This document shows positions 62,623 through 64,000 of a DNA stretch of 64,000 nucleotides, in pieces (positions within the stretch are counted from its first letter, which is position 1; the number at the start of each line of letters is the position of its first letter). This stretch comes from Camelus dromedarius (taxonomy: Eukaryota). The DNA is taken from contig NC_087444.1 in assembly GCF_036321535.1 (NCBI RefSeq), positions 24,864,001 through 24,928,000 of the forward strand, given 5' to 3'. Both the position numbers and the translations under genes were made by a program. The notes under the pieces were generated by a model. It was given only the letters and a program-made list of their open reading frames with translations. It made no database searches and had not been told where the DNA came from.

Positions 62623-64000
62623 ATTGTCAGCCTCTATGGGAGGTGCCATTGATCCCTCTAGGGAGTCTGTAGATTCCTTGGTACTTAACACAATGATCCT
62701 GAATTCTTGTTTCTTTTTCCCATCCTTTGGGAAAAGTGAGATACTAGCAATCGATAAAAATTCCCTATGAGCTAAAAATGTTGATTTCACTCTGTTCAGG
62801 CCCCAAATGTACAAGTTAAACTTCTTTGTAACCTTCTACACACATTGAAAACATGCTCCCAATGATGGTCACGCCTGCGGGTACAGCGTTGCAAGCTCAC
62901 TCCTTATATGAAGTCACTCGGGCCCTGCACCCGTTGTGGAAGGGGCCACCGACCACCTTCTCAAAGGTGTGGCCTACACACACAGGGGTGACGTAGCATA
63001 AATGTAGCTAGAACTCCCTCAGCCGTTCTAAGCATCACTGGGGGAGTAGGTCACCCACTATATCAAATTTTCAGCTTCAGATGAATTCCTTTTTGCGTTT
63101 CGCAAGGGAGGTGATAAGTATTTTCTGAGCTATTTTTCAGTTGCAAGCTTCAGTCGGCTGAGATAAAATATGCAGATCGAGTCCTGAACAGCTGTAGCAC
63201 TCCAGAGTGGCTGGTATTTTGGTGGGCTTTATTTTAAAGTCTTTGACAGTTCAATCTCACTAAATAATTCAGCTGTTTAGGAAAAGCCATACGATCTTAA
63301 AATAAGTCCCTGAAGGTCAAGAATATAGGTTGAAATTTCATTTTTTCGGTGAACAGCATTTGACAAAATAACAGAAATGTCCCTTGTAATAGCTCTTACT
63401 TTACATCTTTGAATGAAATTACCAAGCACACATCAGTGGATGTTCATTTATAAACATCCTACCTCTCCTCCATGCATTTCTGGCAGAGCATTAAGCTACC
63501 ATTCACATTTCACTGCTCCCAGTGAAGTCAGAGATTCCAAAGAACAATTTCAAAACGCAGCTCTAACTTGAGGTGTCACTGATCATTTGGAAAGCTCTTT
63601 GTTACATCTAGCCCAGGAAAATACAAGCCTCACATCGTGGAAAAACTGAAGTATTGACTTCATAAATCTGTAAAGAAATAGGGAAAAAATACCACGTAAA
63701 ACTTTTCCAGGATAAAGCTGAATCCTGCTCATCTATCATCAGGCTCTTCAAGGGGATGTGCAATTCAGGAGCAAAGCATTTGCATCCAGAGAGATATTGG
63801 CCAAGGATTTCTTTGTGCCCCTGGAAGATGGGTATTTTGGCTGAGTCACCCGAGGGTAGTTCTGAAATAGCTACCCATGGAGTGGGAAGACAGGGTGTGA
63901 AGTTCTTTGCGGAAATCTCACCTAAACTCACGCAGAATCCTACGATTTTTGAGGCTGAGGGGATGCTAAGGTCCATCAGCTTCAAATACCTCCATATCCC

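Larger units (their letters stand above)
27877..64000 (-). other. CDH13: CDH13 intron upstream of the exon (continues beyond the window)
   Basis: Ends in a pyrimidine tract plus TAG at the exon. No other cadherin-coding segment is seen and the sequence is repeat-rich. CDH13 is known for very large introns. Confidence 0.88.

Noticed and set aside
62484..62672. His/Cys-rich ORF resembling a metal-binding peptide
   Set aside because: It is simply the translation of a degenerate (CAT)n repeat at a MIR tail.
1..64000. CRISPR arrays, operons, intact transposase or reverse-transcriptase ORFs, processed pseudogenes, miRNA hairpins from tail-to-tail L2 elements
   Set aside because: None were seen by eye. 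The window is eukaryotic intronic DNA and the transposon copies are decayed and non-coding. An Rfam/Infernal scan and BLASTX would be needed to exclude small RNAs or faint pseudogenes.

Overview
Mammalian (eutherian) genomic DNA, probably camelid (alpaca, llama or camel), lying entirely within the cadherin-13 (T-cadherin, CDH13) gene, which is transcribed on the minus strand. The only coding sequence I can support is one 179-bp internal exon at 27698-27876 (-), with canonical AG/GT ends, encoding part of cadherin repeat EC2 ([14 protein letters not shown]...ALLDRE). From my recollection of the human gene structure this corresponds to exon 7. The remainder is two very large introns (at least 36 kb upstream and at least 27 kb downstream). 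They are filled with ancient repeats (MIR, L2, L3/CR1, old L1M, MLT1/MaLR and ERVL LTRs, hAT-Charlie MER elements), one young tRNA-derived SINE with a 17-bp target-site duplication, a truncated ERV1-like LTR and simple repeats. All other ORFs in the track look spurious. Repeat family names and borders were assigned by eye and are approximate. I found no convincing undescribed biological system. The best leads are a candidate cryptic terminal exon behind a (CTTTT)9T17 tract that would yield an anchor-less T-cadherin, a near-palindromic CTCF-type site, two adjacent micro-duplications, and several repeat-free motif-dense blocks that could be enhancers.
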